64,000 nt of DNA, from positions 1-64,000 of the IMG/VR virus record IMGVR_UViG_3300044546_000600. One strand, given 5' to 3'. Below the pieces are notes generated by a model, which worked only from the letters and a program-made list of their open reading frames with translations, had not been told where the DNA came from and did not search any database. The position numbers were made by a program, and so were the translations under genes. The DNA is from a virus. Taxonomy: Duplodnaviria; Caudoviricetes. Below, in pieces: positions 56,824 through 64,000 of this stretch; positions within the stretch are counted from its first letter, which is position 1, and each line of letters opens with the position of its first letter.

Positions 56824-57230
56824 AGTTCTACTCCTTGTTTTGAGAAAATCTCATGGTTGATTTCCTCGTCTTCGTAAATCTCTACGAGCAAGATTCCGTT
56901 TGTCAAGCAAAACTTCATCTTTAAATCGTCTCTCTTCAACTGCGCGAGCCAGTTGAGTCGATTGTTATTGTGGAAAAACTTGTTAAATTGCTGGTGCTGT
57001 TTACCTTGAACTTCTACTGCGATTTTTTTATTCGCGTTGTAGAAGTCCAAAGACAAACGTGTTCCAGCAACACGAAGCTCTTCAAAGACAATATCGTGTT
57101 TCCAGTAAGAGAATAAAAATTGTTTTACTCTCCATTGAACTTTGCTTCTGGATTTGGCTTTCCAATTAATTAAGAAATTTTTAGAGTTTTTAATTAATTT
57201 TTCTTTGCCATTAAGCGTTTTGAATTTCAT
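56820..57230 (-). CDS. Vsr/DUF559-like endonuclease
   Basis: LSLDFYN...IAVEVQGKQH...KRDDLK. Confidence 0.72.
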   Translation of the reverse strand: MKFKTLNGKEKLIKNSKNFLINWKAKSRSKVQWRVKQFLFSYWKHDIVFEELRVAGTRLSLDFYNANKKIAVEVQGKQHQQFNKFFHNNNRLNWLAQLKRDDLKMKFCLTNGILLVEIYEDEEINHEIFSKQGVEL

Positions 57231-58383
57231 TAGAAGGATCACTAGAAATCATACCCACAAAAAGCTTGTGGAGGATTTTAGTTAATTTTTCATTACCTTC
57301 AATGAAAGAGAACAGTGCGTTTTCGCCTTGGAACTTTTCTGGAATCTCGATATTGTTAGAAGAACAAATCTCCTTTAAGTCTTCGGAAATATAATACCAA
57401 GCTCCAGAGCGTTCTACCATTTCCCAAGATAAGAGCATATCTACGATTTCTTTTTCAAGCCAAACAGAACGCCCATTAGTGCGTCCGTACTTAATCGGAT
57501 AAGTGATACGATTCTTGCTTTTTTCGTTTGGACTCTTCTTGATATAGATTTTGCAGTAATGACCAATGATAGGATTCTTTATTGGATCAGATTTCTTGAT
57601 TGATGGGTCTTTCAGAATAACGTCGCCTTCAAAACGAGGCTCAAACTCGAAAATGAAATTGGCGAAGTGCAGCAGAGCATTACCACCAGTAGCGGATGTT
57701 TGGCGAATAGGAGCTTTGCTATATGGGTCGAGTTGAATATCACTTCTAACTTGAGAGATAAAGATTGCCATGTGACCGCGTTTGGTCAGACCAATAGACA
57801 TACGCTTCATAAAGTCCGACGCAATTACAGCACCGCCAGCGACTTTCTTAGAGTCTTCAAAGTTTTTGTTCAAATCTCCTTTGGAAATTAATCCGTCAAC
57901 AGAGTCCAGAACAAACATATACTTAGCCTTGTCTTCGTTGAACTGAACCAACTGGCGCATTGCATCTACAGCTGTCTCGTAAATATTGCACTCAAATACG
58001 AAACAGGTTCCAACATCCCAAGATTCAGCGTCAAAAACAAACTTAACACCAGAACGTTTTTGCATTTCATCAGAAAGGCGACCTTCTGCTTTGATGAAAA
58101 AGCCTTTTGAATTTGGAACTGTATTTAAGAAGTTACGCATAACTTCAAGAGCGGCGGATGTTTTACCGCCTTCGGTAAAGCCAACGAACCGATGAAGGCC
58201 CGGTCCAATGCCTCCGCTGGTCTGCATATCTAAATTTAGAGAACCAGTAGAAACTTTATAATTACAAGTCTCTTCAAAGTTGTAATGATCTTCCTTCTTG
58301 TCGTTCAAAAATGATTTGAGGACAGAATTAGACGAAACGTTTGCTTCTGCTTTTTCTTCTTTTACTTTTTCTTTCTTGCTCAT
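57211..58383 (-). CDS. recA: RecA/UvsX-like recombinase
   Basis: VSTGSLNLD, GFTEGGKTS, VLDSV, IFISQVR, TGGNALLHFA. Confidence 0.9.
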   Translation of the reverse strand: MSKKEKVKEEKAEANVSSNSVLKSFLNDKKEDHYNFEETCNYKVSTGSLNLDMQTSGGIGPGLHRFVGFTEGGKTSAALEVMRNFLNTVPNSKGFFIKAEGRLSDEMQKRSGVKFVFDAESWDVGTCFVFECNIYETAVDAMRQLVQFNEDKAKYMFVLDSVDGLISKGDLNKNFEDSKKVAGGAVIASDFMKRMSIGLTKRGHMAIFISQVRSDIQLDPYSKAPIRQTSATGGNALLHFANFIFEFEPRFEGDVILKDPSIKKSDPIKNPIIGHYCKIYIKKSPNEKSKNRITYPIKYGRTNGRSVWLEKEIVDMLLSWEMVERSGAWYYISEDLKEICSSNNIEIPEKFQGENALFSFIEGNEKLTKILHKLFVGMISSDPSNEIQNA

Positions 58384-58832
58384 GATAAAAATTCCTTTAG
58401 TGTTGGTTTAGGTTTAATGTTAAAATCTTCTCCAACCTTGTCTGTCAAGACGATTGTTTGGGTTGGTTGTGGCTGATAGTAAAACTCATTGCGCTTGATT
58501 TCAAGTTCCGCCGCTTTCCAATCAGCATAATAAAAAGCGAGACTCTCAACCTTCTTGATAGGAACATATTCCGACAAGAATTTAAAGCCGTATCTTTCCT
58601 CAAGCTGCCTGAGAATAGTAAACTCTTTCTTCCAAAACTCAGCGGTGGTGCGCTTTGGCATACTCACAAATCTAGCAACGATAACACGACGAGACGCTTT
58701 CTTTGCTGGTTTTGGCTTCTTGACTCTAGGTTTACGAGGTGCTCTTTCGGCGCGAGGCTTCCTTGGTTTTCTAGGTTTACGAACCTTGACTACCTCTGGA
58801 GACTGAATCTCTAGTTGAAATGGCTCTTCCAT
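58380..58832 (-). CDS. hypothetical protein with Lys/Arg/Pro-rich N-terminus
   Basis: KVRKPRKPRKPRAERAPRKPRVKKPKPAKK. Confidence 0.7.
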   Translation of the reverse strand: MEEPFQLEIQSPEVVKVRKPRKPRKPRAERAPRKPRVKKPKPAKKASRRVIVARFVSMPKRTTAEFWKKEFTILRQLEERYGFKFLSEYVPIKKVESLAFYYADWKAAELEIKRNEFYYQPQPTQTIVLTDKVGEDFNIKPKPTLKEFLS

Positions 58833-58874
58833 GCGGCCACAAGAAAGCAGTTATCACCAACTGTCAATACTTTT

Positions 58875-59306
58875 TTAAGATTTATTTGAAGCCGCAGCAG
58901 AACCAAAGTAAAAGCCTGTAATTGCGATTAAGCATTGGCGTATCTCAGTAGTGATCAAATTGCCTGAAATCTCAACGAAAGCCGTTTTAGTCTTCTCTGC
59001 AACGAAACCTAAGATGTCTCCTCCGTCTTGATAATCTACTTGAAGATAAGTAGGAATGCCCAAAAGGGCCATAAGAAAAGGAGATATAACAATAGAGAAG
59101 ATAACAGAAACAACAATGAACTGTCTAACCATCTTGCCTACGTCGCCATCTCTTTTAGCGGCTTTGTCGGCAGATTCATCAGCTTTATCTATCGCTTTCA
59201 TCATTCGATCAAAGCGTAGCTTTTGCTCTTCGGCTTTTGCAGCCATAAAGCGAAAAATGAATCCAACAACAGACCCACCTAATAGACTGATTAGTTCAGA
59301 CGGCAC
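58875..59306 (-). CDS. putative holin
   Basis: GTG start, hydrophobic segments, C-terminal GFYFGS. Confidence 0.6.
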   Translation of the reverse strand: MPSELISLLGGSVVGFIFRFMAAKAEEQKLRFDRMMKAIDKADESADKAAKRDGDVGKMVRQFIVVSVIFSIVISPFLMALLGIPTYLQVDYQDGGDILGFVAEKTKTAFVEISGNLITTEIRQCLIAITGFYFGSAAASNKS

Positions 59307-59311
59307 ATAGG

Positions 59312-59321
59312 ATATTTACAC
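59312..59321 (-). promoter_or_regulatory. candidate late promoter GTGTAAATAT upstream of the holin
   Basis: Starts 15 nt before the holin start. Confidence 0.5.
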
Positions 59322-59322
59322 C

Positions 59323-59949
59323 TTAAAGGCCAAAAGCTTCTATCGTCAAAGGGAACTTACCGTCAACTCTTACCAAAGAAAGCATTTCCGAAGCAATGTC
59401 TCGGATTTCCTTTTGGGCGTCTGGCTTATTGCGAAGATTAAGAAAATGGTAGAACGATCTCCAATTAAACATCACATCAGCAGTAACTTGCGTATTGTAA
59501 GTTCTAAAGAATCTAGCGGACTCTTTTGCTCGCTTACGGTCAAAGCCATGATTTTTGACCAAATCTTCTAAGCAGTTATGATAGAGTCTAAGACCATTAT
59601 TGGTATAGTTCTCAAGAATCTCTTTCCAATGCTCAGGCCAATCAGAAGGTACGCAGAAGTTATCTTCTTTCATCTCTTTGTATCTGGCAGACTCGCCGTT
59701 GATTGAAACGCCAATTCTGTGCTTCAATAAATGAATATGACTAGCTACGTCAGTAGTAACCAAGAAATGAAGCGACGACTTTTCAAAAGGCGTATGATGC
59801 CCATTTTCGGCAAGCATTTTTAGCAGCGGCCCAATTCTCTGCTTCTTGTCCTCGTTAATATCTCTGGACGTAGAAGTCCAAGCCGAGCAAGCGTGAACTT
59901 GATCGTCGCCATAAATACCAATAAGTTGAACGCTATTTTCTTTATTCAT
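59323..59949 (-). CDS. thyX: flavin-dependent thymidylate synthase
   Basis: GHHTPFE, KHRIGVSINGESARY, NWRSFYHFLNLR, AQKEIR. Confidence 0.93.
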   Translation of the reverse strand: MNKENSVQLIGIYGDDQVHACSAWTSTSRDINEDKKQRIGPLLKMLAENGHHTPFEKSSLHFLVTTDVASHIHLLKHRIGVSINGESARYKEMKEDNFCVPSDWPEHWKEILENYTNNGLRLYHNCLEDLVKNHGFDRKRAKESARFFRTYNTQVTADVMFNWRSFYHFLNLRNKPDAQKEIRDIASEMLSLVRVDGKFPLTIEAFGL

Positions 59950-60874
59950 TGTAAAGTTTGTTATATTGCTGTAAGATTCCTGCGTAATATTGGGCGTGGA
60001 ATTCTGCGCCACTAAGAATTTCAGCGGTAACTTTTTGTCTTTGTTTTAAATATGCAGTAGTTTCTTTATTCTCTAACAAGAATTTTACGCACGACTCTAT
60101 ATTGTTTTCATCGACATAAACGAATGCTTGATCGAAATCAAACATATGGTAGTACCAAGATATGTCGTTTTGATCTACTGGAGGGCGAACGTAAATGCAC
60201 AAGGAGTTAGACGCCATAGTCCAAATCAAACGCTCCCAAGACGTTGTGTTGCCGTTTACATTTAAAATGAATTTATATTTGAGCTGATCAGCAATGCTTA
60301 CGAAATCACTAGAATAAGCTGAGTTTGGCGGCGTCTTTGTGAAATTAGTTATTTTTGCGTCAACGACTTTACTGTTAAAGTATCTTTGGCAAATACTCAC
60401 TCTTTGAGTTAACTCTTCCGTAAGGGGTAAACCAGTATCCGAACCAAAGAAACAAGCCTTATCTTGTTTTGCGTCCCATTCAATATCTAAGTCAGGTAAT
60501 CGAGAGCAGGTATCAATCGTTCGCCCTATATGAGAATCAGGGACACAAATATGCGGAGAACTTTTTGAACGAGCGAAAACAAACTTACTTGGATCATCTA
60601 AGTATTCGTTGCTTGTCTCGTCATTAAAATTGACCATAAAGTCAAAGTTTAAATCTTTAAGATTATAGTAATTTAATACTTGAGTCGTGAAAAGCTCAAA
60701 AAACTTATATCTAAAAGGATCTAAATAATCTCTACTCTTGTCAAGAGCGGTAAGTTGACAGTCCTTGATTCTAAAAGAAGCTTCGTTTCTAGCTAACTTG
60801 ATTCCGCTAAAGTCTTTGAAGATCTTTAATCTGCTAGGATTAAGCTCGTTGTCGATACAGTATTGTACTGGCAT
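59942..60874 (-). CDS. GT90/CAP10-like glycosyltransferase
   Basis: FFGSDTG, LKYKFILNVNGNTTSWERL...SNS, WYY. Confidence 0.72.
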   Translation of the reverse strand: MPVQYCIDNELNPSRLKIFKDFSGIKLARNEASFRIKDCQLTALDKSRDYLDPFRYKFFELFTTQVLNYYNLKDLNFDFMVNFNDETSNEYLDDPSKFVFARSKSSPHICVPDSHIGRTIDTCSRLPDLDIEWDAKQDKACFFGSDTGLPLTEELTQRVSICQRYFNSKVVDAKITNFTKTPPNSAYSSDFVSIADQLKYKFILNVNGNTTSWERLIWTMASNSLCIYVRPPVDQNDISWYYHMFDFDQAFVYVDENNIESCVKFLLENKETTAYLKQRQKVTAEILSGAEFHAQYYAGILQQYNKLYNE

Positions 60875-60880
60875 AACTAA

Positions 60881-61921
60881 CTAAGAACATGATTTAATGT
60901 CGCTGTCAACCATTTTTTTAGTTAATTGGAAAAAAGTCGTTTTCGGCATCCAGTTTAAATGGCTTCTAGCTTTTGTCGAATCTCCTAGCAAAAGCTCAAC
61001 TTCTGCTGGTCTAAAAAACTTTGGATTAACAATCACAAGTGGAATTTTCAATTCTCTATGATAAAGCGCTTCTCCAATAGTGCCTTCTTTGCCAAACCAA
61101 TCGCCTTCTATTTTTGCCGCTGCAAAAGCTAATTGGACAAACTCTCTAACTGTATGGGTTTCGTTACTAGACAAAACATAGTCGAGTGGAGGTTGTATAG
61201 ATTGATTTAACATTTTCCACACTCCATCGACAAAGTCTTCTGCATCGCTCCAATCTCTTTTAGATGATAAGTTGCCAAGCTCTAATGGAGCTGGAGTTTT
61301 CCCATTTTTTAAATCATTAGCGATTCTAGCTACTCCACAGGTAATCTTTCTGGTAACAAAGTCTTTACCACGGCGAACTCCTTCATGGTTGAACAGCCAG
61401 CCTTGCACGGCATAAAGGTTGTAGGAATCTCTCCACACTTTGACGATATGGCGGGCGGCAGCTTTTGAGGCTCCGTATGGGCTGCGCGGGCGCAACGGGT
61501 GCGTTTCGTCTTGGGGAACGGTGACAACATCGCCAAACTCTTCGGAAGAACCTGCGTTGTAGTAACGGCATTTTGGAGCAAACTTTCTAATAGCTTCAAG
61601 CTGGAACATGACTGCCAAGCAGTTATTCTGCATATGGTTAAGTGGCATTTCCCAGCTAGTTCCAACGAAAGAATTGGCGGCAAAATTAATAAAGTAATCT
61701 GGCCTGTAAGTATCTATAACATGATTAGTGCTTTGAGGGTCGCTGATGTCGAGGTCTATCAGTTTAAAACGTGGGTCATAGATATGACTAATGTTCTGAT
61801 GGTTAGAAACACTGAGTCTGCGAACTGCGCCAAGAATATTGTAGTCTGTGTTTTTAAGCAAATAGTCGGCCATGAGACTTCCGTCTTGACCTGTTACGCC
61901 TGTGATAATAACTGTTTTCAT
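60881..61921 (-). CDS. gmd: GDP-mannose 4,6-dehydratase
   Basis: ITGVTGQDGS, SSEEFG, SPYGASK, LFNHE, FVTRKIT, LGNLSSKRDW, FRPAEVELLLGD. Confidence 0.96.
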   Translation of the reverse strand: MKTVIITGVTGQDGSLMADYLLKNTDYNILGAVRRLSVSNHQNISHIYDPRFKLIDLDISDPQSTNHVIDTYRPDYFINFAANSFVGTSWEMPLNHMQNNCLAVMFQLEAIRKFAPKCRYYNAGSSEEFGDVVTVPQDETHPLRPRSPYGASKAAARHIVKVWRDSYNLYAVQGWLFNHEGVRRGKDFVTRKITCGVARIANDLKNGKTPAPLELGNLSSKRDWSDAEDFVDGVWKMLNQSIQPPLDYVLSSNETHTVREFVQLAFAAAKIEGDWFGKEGTIGEALYHRELKIPLVIVNPKFFRPAEVELLLGDSTKARSHLNWMPKTTFFQLTKKMVDSDIKSCS

Positions 61922-62454
61922 GGTTTTTGAATTAAGAAAATATAAGTATTTAATACGTCGTCGGTTGTGAGGGTAAACGGTAAGTTGTATTTATTAGAAA
62001 AGAACTGAACAGCATTAACCACCTCTCCGAACATTTGAGGATGATAATCGTGACCAGCAACGATTCCATTATTTTTAATCTTTTTATACGCCAATTCTAA
62101 CTCAAGAATTGTTTGATCATATTGATGAGTTGTGTCTATGTAGATAAAGTCAAAAAAGTTATCACGGAAAATAGAAAGAAATTCATCAGAGCGTTGTCTT
62201 GTCACGAAGACGTTGTTAACGTGCTCAAATCTTTTTGAAACAGAATAGAAAAGACTTTCGCCATCATGGATTTCAGCGTTGTTTCCGTTCTTATCGCCAG
62301 ATTGAATTGAGCCGCTAAAAGGATCAACAAGATAAAGCTGATCAAATTTTCCAGAGTCCAAAAGAACTTTTGAGAAATCTCCTTTGAAAACGCCCAACTC
62401 GCATCCAATGCTACGAGAATCAAGCAGGCTTGTTATGTCTTCTCTGTTTTTCAT
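61918..62454 (-). CDS. class I SAM methyltransferase (Methyltransf_24-like)
   Basis: CELGVFKG, DFIYIDTTH, VAGHDY. Confidence 0.85.
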   Translation of the reverse strand: MKNREDITSLLDSRSIGCELGVFKGDFSKVLLDSGKFDQLYLVDPFSGSIQSGDKNGNNAEIHDGESLFYSVSKRFEHVNNVFVTRQRSDEFLSIFRDNFFDFIYIDTTHQYDQTILELELAYKKIKNNGIVAGHDYHPQMFGEVVNAVQFFSNKYNLPFTLTTDDVLNTYIFLIQKP

Positions 62455-63145
62455 TTAGGAAGTTGCTCATTTTAATGAACTTAGAAAACATTTCGTTGGA
62501 AAATCCACAGAAATGATAGAGCTTTTTTTCAGGAGTAAACCAACAATCGGACGCGAATAATTTAACAACGCTAGATAAATTAAAACATAAGCTAAAGTCA
62601 AAAGCCACGTACTTGCAAACAGCATAGTTGTAAGAAGATTGTTCTAGCCTTGCATCGGCGTGAGGTTCTCCGCTTATAAAAGGCTCATACAAAGAACGAA
62701 CTAAACTCAAGAAGTTAAGATTTTTGAAACAAAACGTGCCAGCATTCAGTCCGTTATTATCTTTAAAAAAGCGAATTTCTTTTTCGTCAGTGACTCCTTT
62801 GTATCGAAACCAGTCCTCATTCATTCTAAGATTTTCAAAGACTATTGATAAGTCGAACTTGTCTTTAACCAAGTCGTTAACGTCGCCAAAATAAATAATG
62901 TCAGAATCCAAGTAAACATAAGCGTCGTATCCAGACGGAACTTTATCGGAGTATTTAAGAAAGCCAACGTAACTATACTTCTTGTCATCTACGATAGTTT
63001 TGTATTTAAATTTTTCTGGAGGTGGGATGCTGGAAATGACGCAGAAATCTACGTTATCTTTTTTTTCGATATTCTCGAAAAGCATTTCAATACAGTTGTC
63101 AGCGTAGTGTTTAAAATCGGTTACCGTGTAAACTAAAATTTTCAT
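62420..63145 (-). CDS. GT-A glycosyltransferase (GT8-like)
   Basis: YLDSD, LNAGTF, EQSSYN, HF. Confidence 0.72.
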   Translation of the reverse strand: MKILVYTVTDFKHYADNCIEMLFENIEKKDNVDFCVISSIPPPEKFKYKTIVDDKKYSYVGFLKYSDKVPSGYDAYVYLDSDIIYFGDVNDLVKDKFDLSIVFENLRMNEDWFRYKGVTDEKEIRFFKDNNGLNAGTFCFKNLNFLSLVRSLYEPFISGEPHADARLEQSSYNYAVCKYVAFDFSLCFNLSSVVKLFASDCWFTPEKKLYHFCGFSNEMFSKFIKMSNFLNEKQRRHNKPA

Positions 63146-63771
63146 CTAAGTAAAGAAGGAATACTGCCTTTTTCGGTTCGCTGGTTAATGTGAGGCAAAC
63201 TCCAGCCAACGTTTAAATTTAAATCAGAAATGATAGAGTTAAGCTGCCAATCAAAAGGCTCTTTAACTGACAGAAGTTTATATCCAATCATTTTAGCTAT
63301 TTTTGGAGAGATCATGTAGCAATGAGCGCACCTGCTCTTTAAGTTCTTGTGGGTATAAACGCCTGATTGAAAACTAGGGTTAATGTCGCTTCCTCCAAAA
63401 GAACCAATAAATAAGATGTCGCAGTTCTGGCGAATGGTTTCGCTAGCGAATAATTGAATGCAATCTTCCCAATTAAAAGAAGGCGGCTCAATATCATCTT
63501 CAAATACAACGCCAAAGTCAGCCGTTGATTCCGAGATCATTTTTGCGGCGTATCGGTGTTTAAAGAAGCACGAAAGCTCCGCTGGATTTAAAAAGACCCC
63601 ATTAGCAGAGTGCGGAGAATTTACGACAGGATGGCATTCGATAGCTTTATCTTGCGGCCAAAAGTATTCTACCCAAGTAACCTTTGAATCTAGCGTCTCA
63701 AAGAACGGAGTGATGTATTCTTTTCTAGCTTTTGCTGGAGGATGATGAATACAGAAATAATCAATCTTCAT
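63142..63771 (-). CDS. GT25-like glycosyltransferase
   Basis: ELSCFFKH, VVFEDD, AHCYMIS, PFDW. Confidence 0.78.
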   Translation of the reverse strand: MKIDYFCIHHPPAKARKEYITPFFETLDSKVTWVEYFWPQDKAIECHPVVNSPHSANGVFLNPAELSCFFKHRYAAKMISESTADFGVVFEDDIEPPSFNWEDCIQLFASETIRQNCDILFIGSFGGSDINPSFQSGVYTHKNLKSRCAHCYMISPKIAKMIGYKLLSVKEPFDWQLNSIISDLNLNVGWSLPHINQRTEKGSIPSLLR

Positions 63772-64000
63772 GGCTTAACGATATAAACCCCTTCCATATC
63801 TATAGGTTGTATGTTGATTTTTTTATCCTGATTTGCGTTTCTAGAATCCAGAAACTCATCGACAGCCTTCTTGCATCCTTTCCACCATCCATAATCATCA
63901 ATTATAATTATGCCTCCAGAAGAAACTTTATCATAAAAATAATCTAATTCAAATTTCGTACTTTCGTACCAATCGGTATCTAACCGTAATACTGAGATGG
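63768..64000 (-). CDS. TylF/MycF-type sugar O-methyltransferase, 3' part (runs off right edge)
   Basis: Manual translation ISVLRLDTDWYESTKFELDYFYDKVSSGGIIIIDDYGWWKGCKKAVDEF...; not in the ORF track. Confidence 0.85.
   Translation of the reverse strand, partial: ISVLRLDTDWYESTKFELDYFYDKVSSGGIIIIDDYGWWKGCKKAVDEFLDSRNANQDKKINIQPIDMEGVYIVKP

Noticed and set aside
37138-58383. Introns or inteins in nrdA, nrdB, dnaE, dnaB or recA
   Set aside because: The ORFs are continuous, of ordinary length, and show no intein terminal or LAGLIDADG motifs
9140-58867. Further TTGACA/TTGACT hexamers upstream of minus-strand genes (9164, 13898, 15397, 58862)
   Set aside because: No convincing -10 element at 16-18 nt, so they are not listed as promoters, although their intergenic positions suggest some may be real
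63830-63850. Apparent frameshift near the end of the TylF-like gene
   Set aside because: Careful re-translation gives a continuous frame to the TGA at 63768-63770
4469-63947. Numerous 60-140 aa antisense or off-frame ORFs in the track (e.g. 4551..4952, 7337..7687, 19174..19530, 39412..39753, 61499..61930)
   Set aside because: They are nested in well-supported genes and lack motifs or independent expression signals
1-64000. Diversity-generating retroelement, integrase or transposase
   Set aside because: No reverse transcriptase, recombinase or transposase motifs, and no template/variable repeat pair noticed by eye

Overview
This AT-rich window looks like part of a large dsDNA tailed phage genome; no capsid, terminase or portal genes are present. 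Positions 1-15.4 kb are a minus-strand region of small ORFs containing rIIA/rIIB, a UvsE endonuclease, a metallophosphoesterase, an HNH gene, three tRNAs (Leu-TAA, Thr-TGT, Trp-CCA) and about 550 nt of ORF-poor, strongly base-paired sequence upstream of tRNA-Trp that may be a large ncRNA. Positions 15.7-20.9 kb hold a five-gene operon: CsgF, CsgG, a curlin-repeat protein, a FecR-domain protein and a CHASE2 adenylate cyclase. A T4 beta-glucosyltransferase-like gene, a deaminase and a small outer-membrane barrel follow. Positions 25-37 kb are a plus-strand lambda-like tail-tip operon (L, K, I, J) with inserted PA14, CBM-like, vWA and Ig modules, and J is split around an extra gene. Positions 37-60 kb encode nrdAB, glycosyltransferases, a Clp ATPase, Pol III alpha split into PHP and core genes with an exonuclease between them, a Cas4-like nuclease, primase, DnaB, RecA, a holin and ThyX. 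Positions 60-64 kb are a glycan synthesis cluster. A recurring (G/A)TGTAA(A)TA motif precedes the tail, holin, curli and isolated plus-strand genes and is a candidate late promoter. All protein calls come from motif recognition by eye; no database search was run. Several start codons were adjusted relative to the supplied ORF track.
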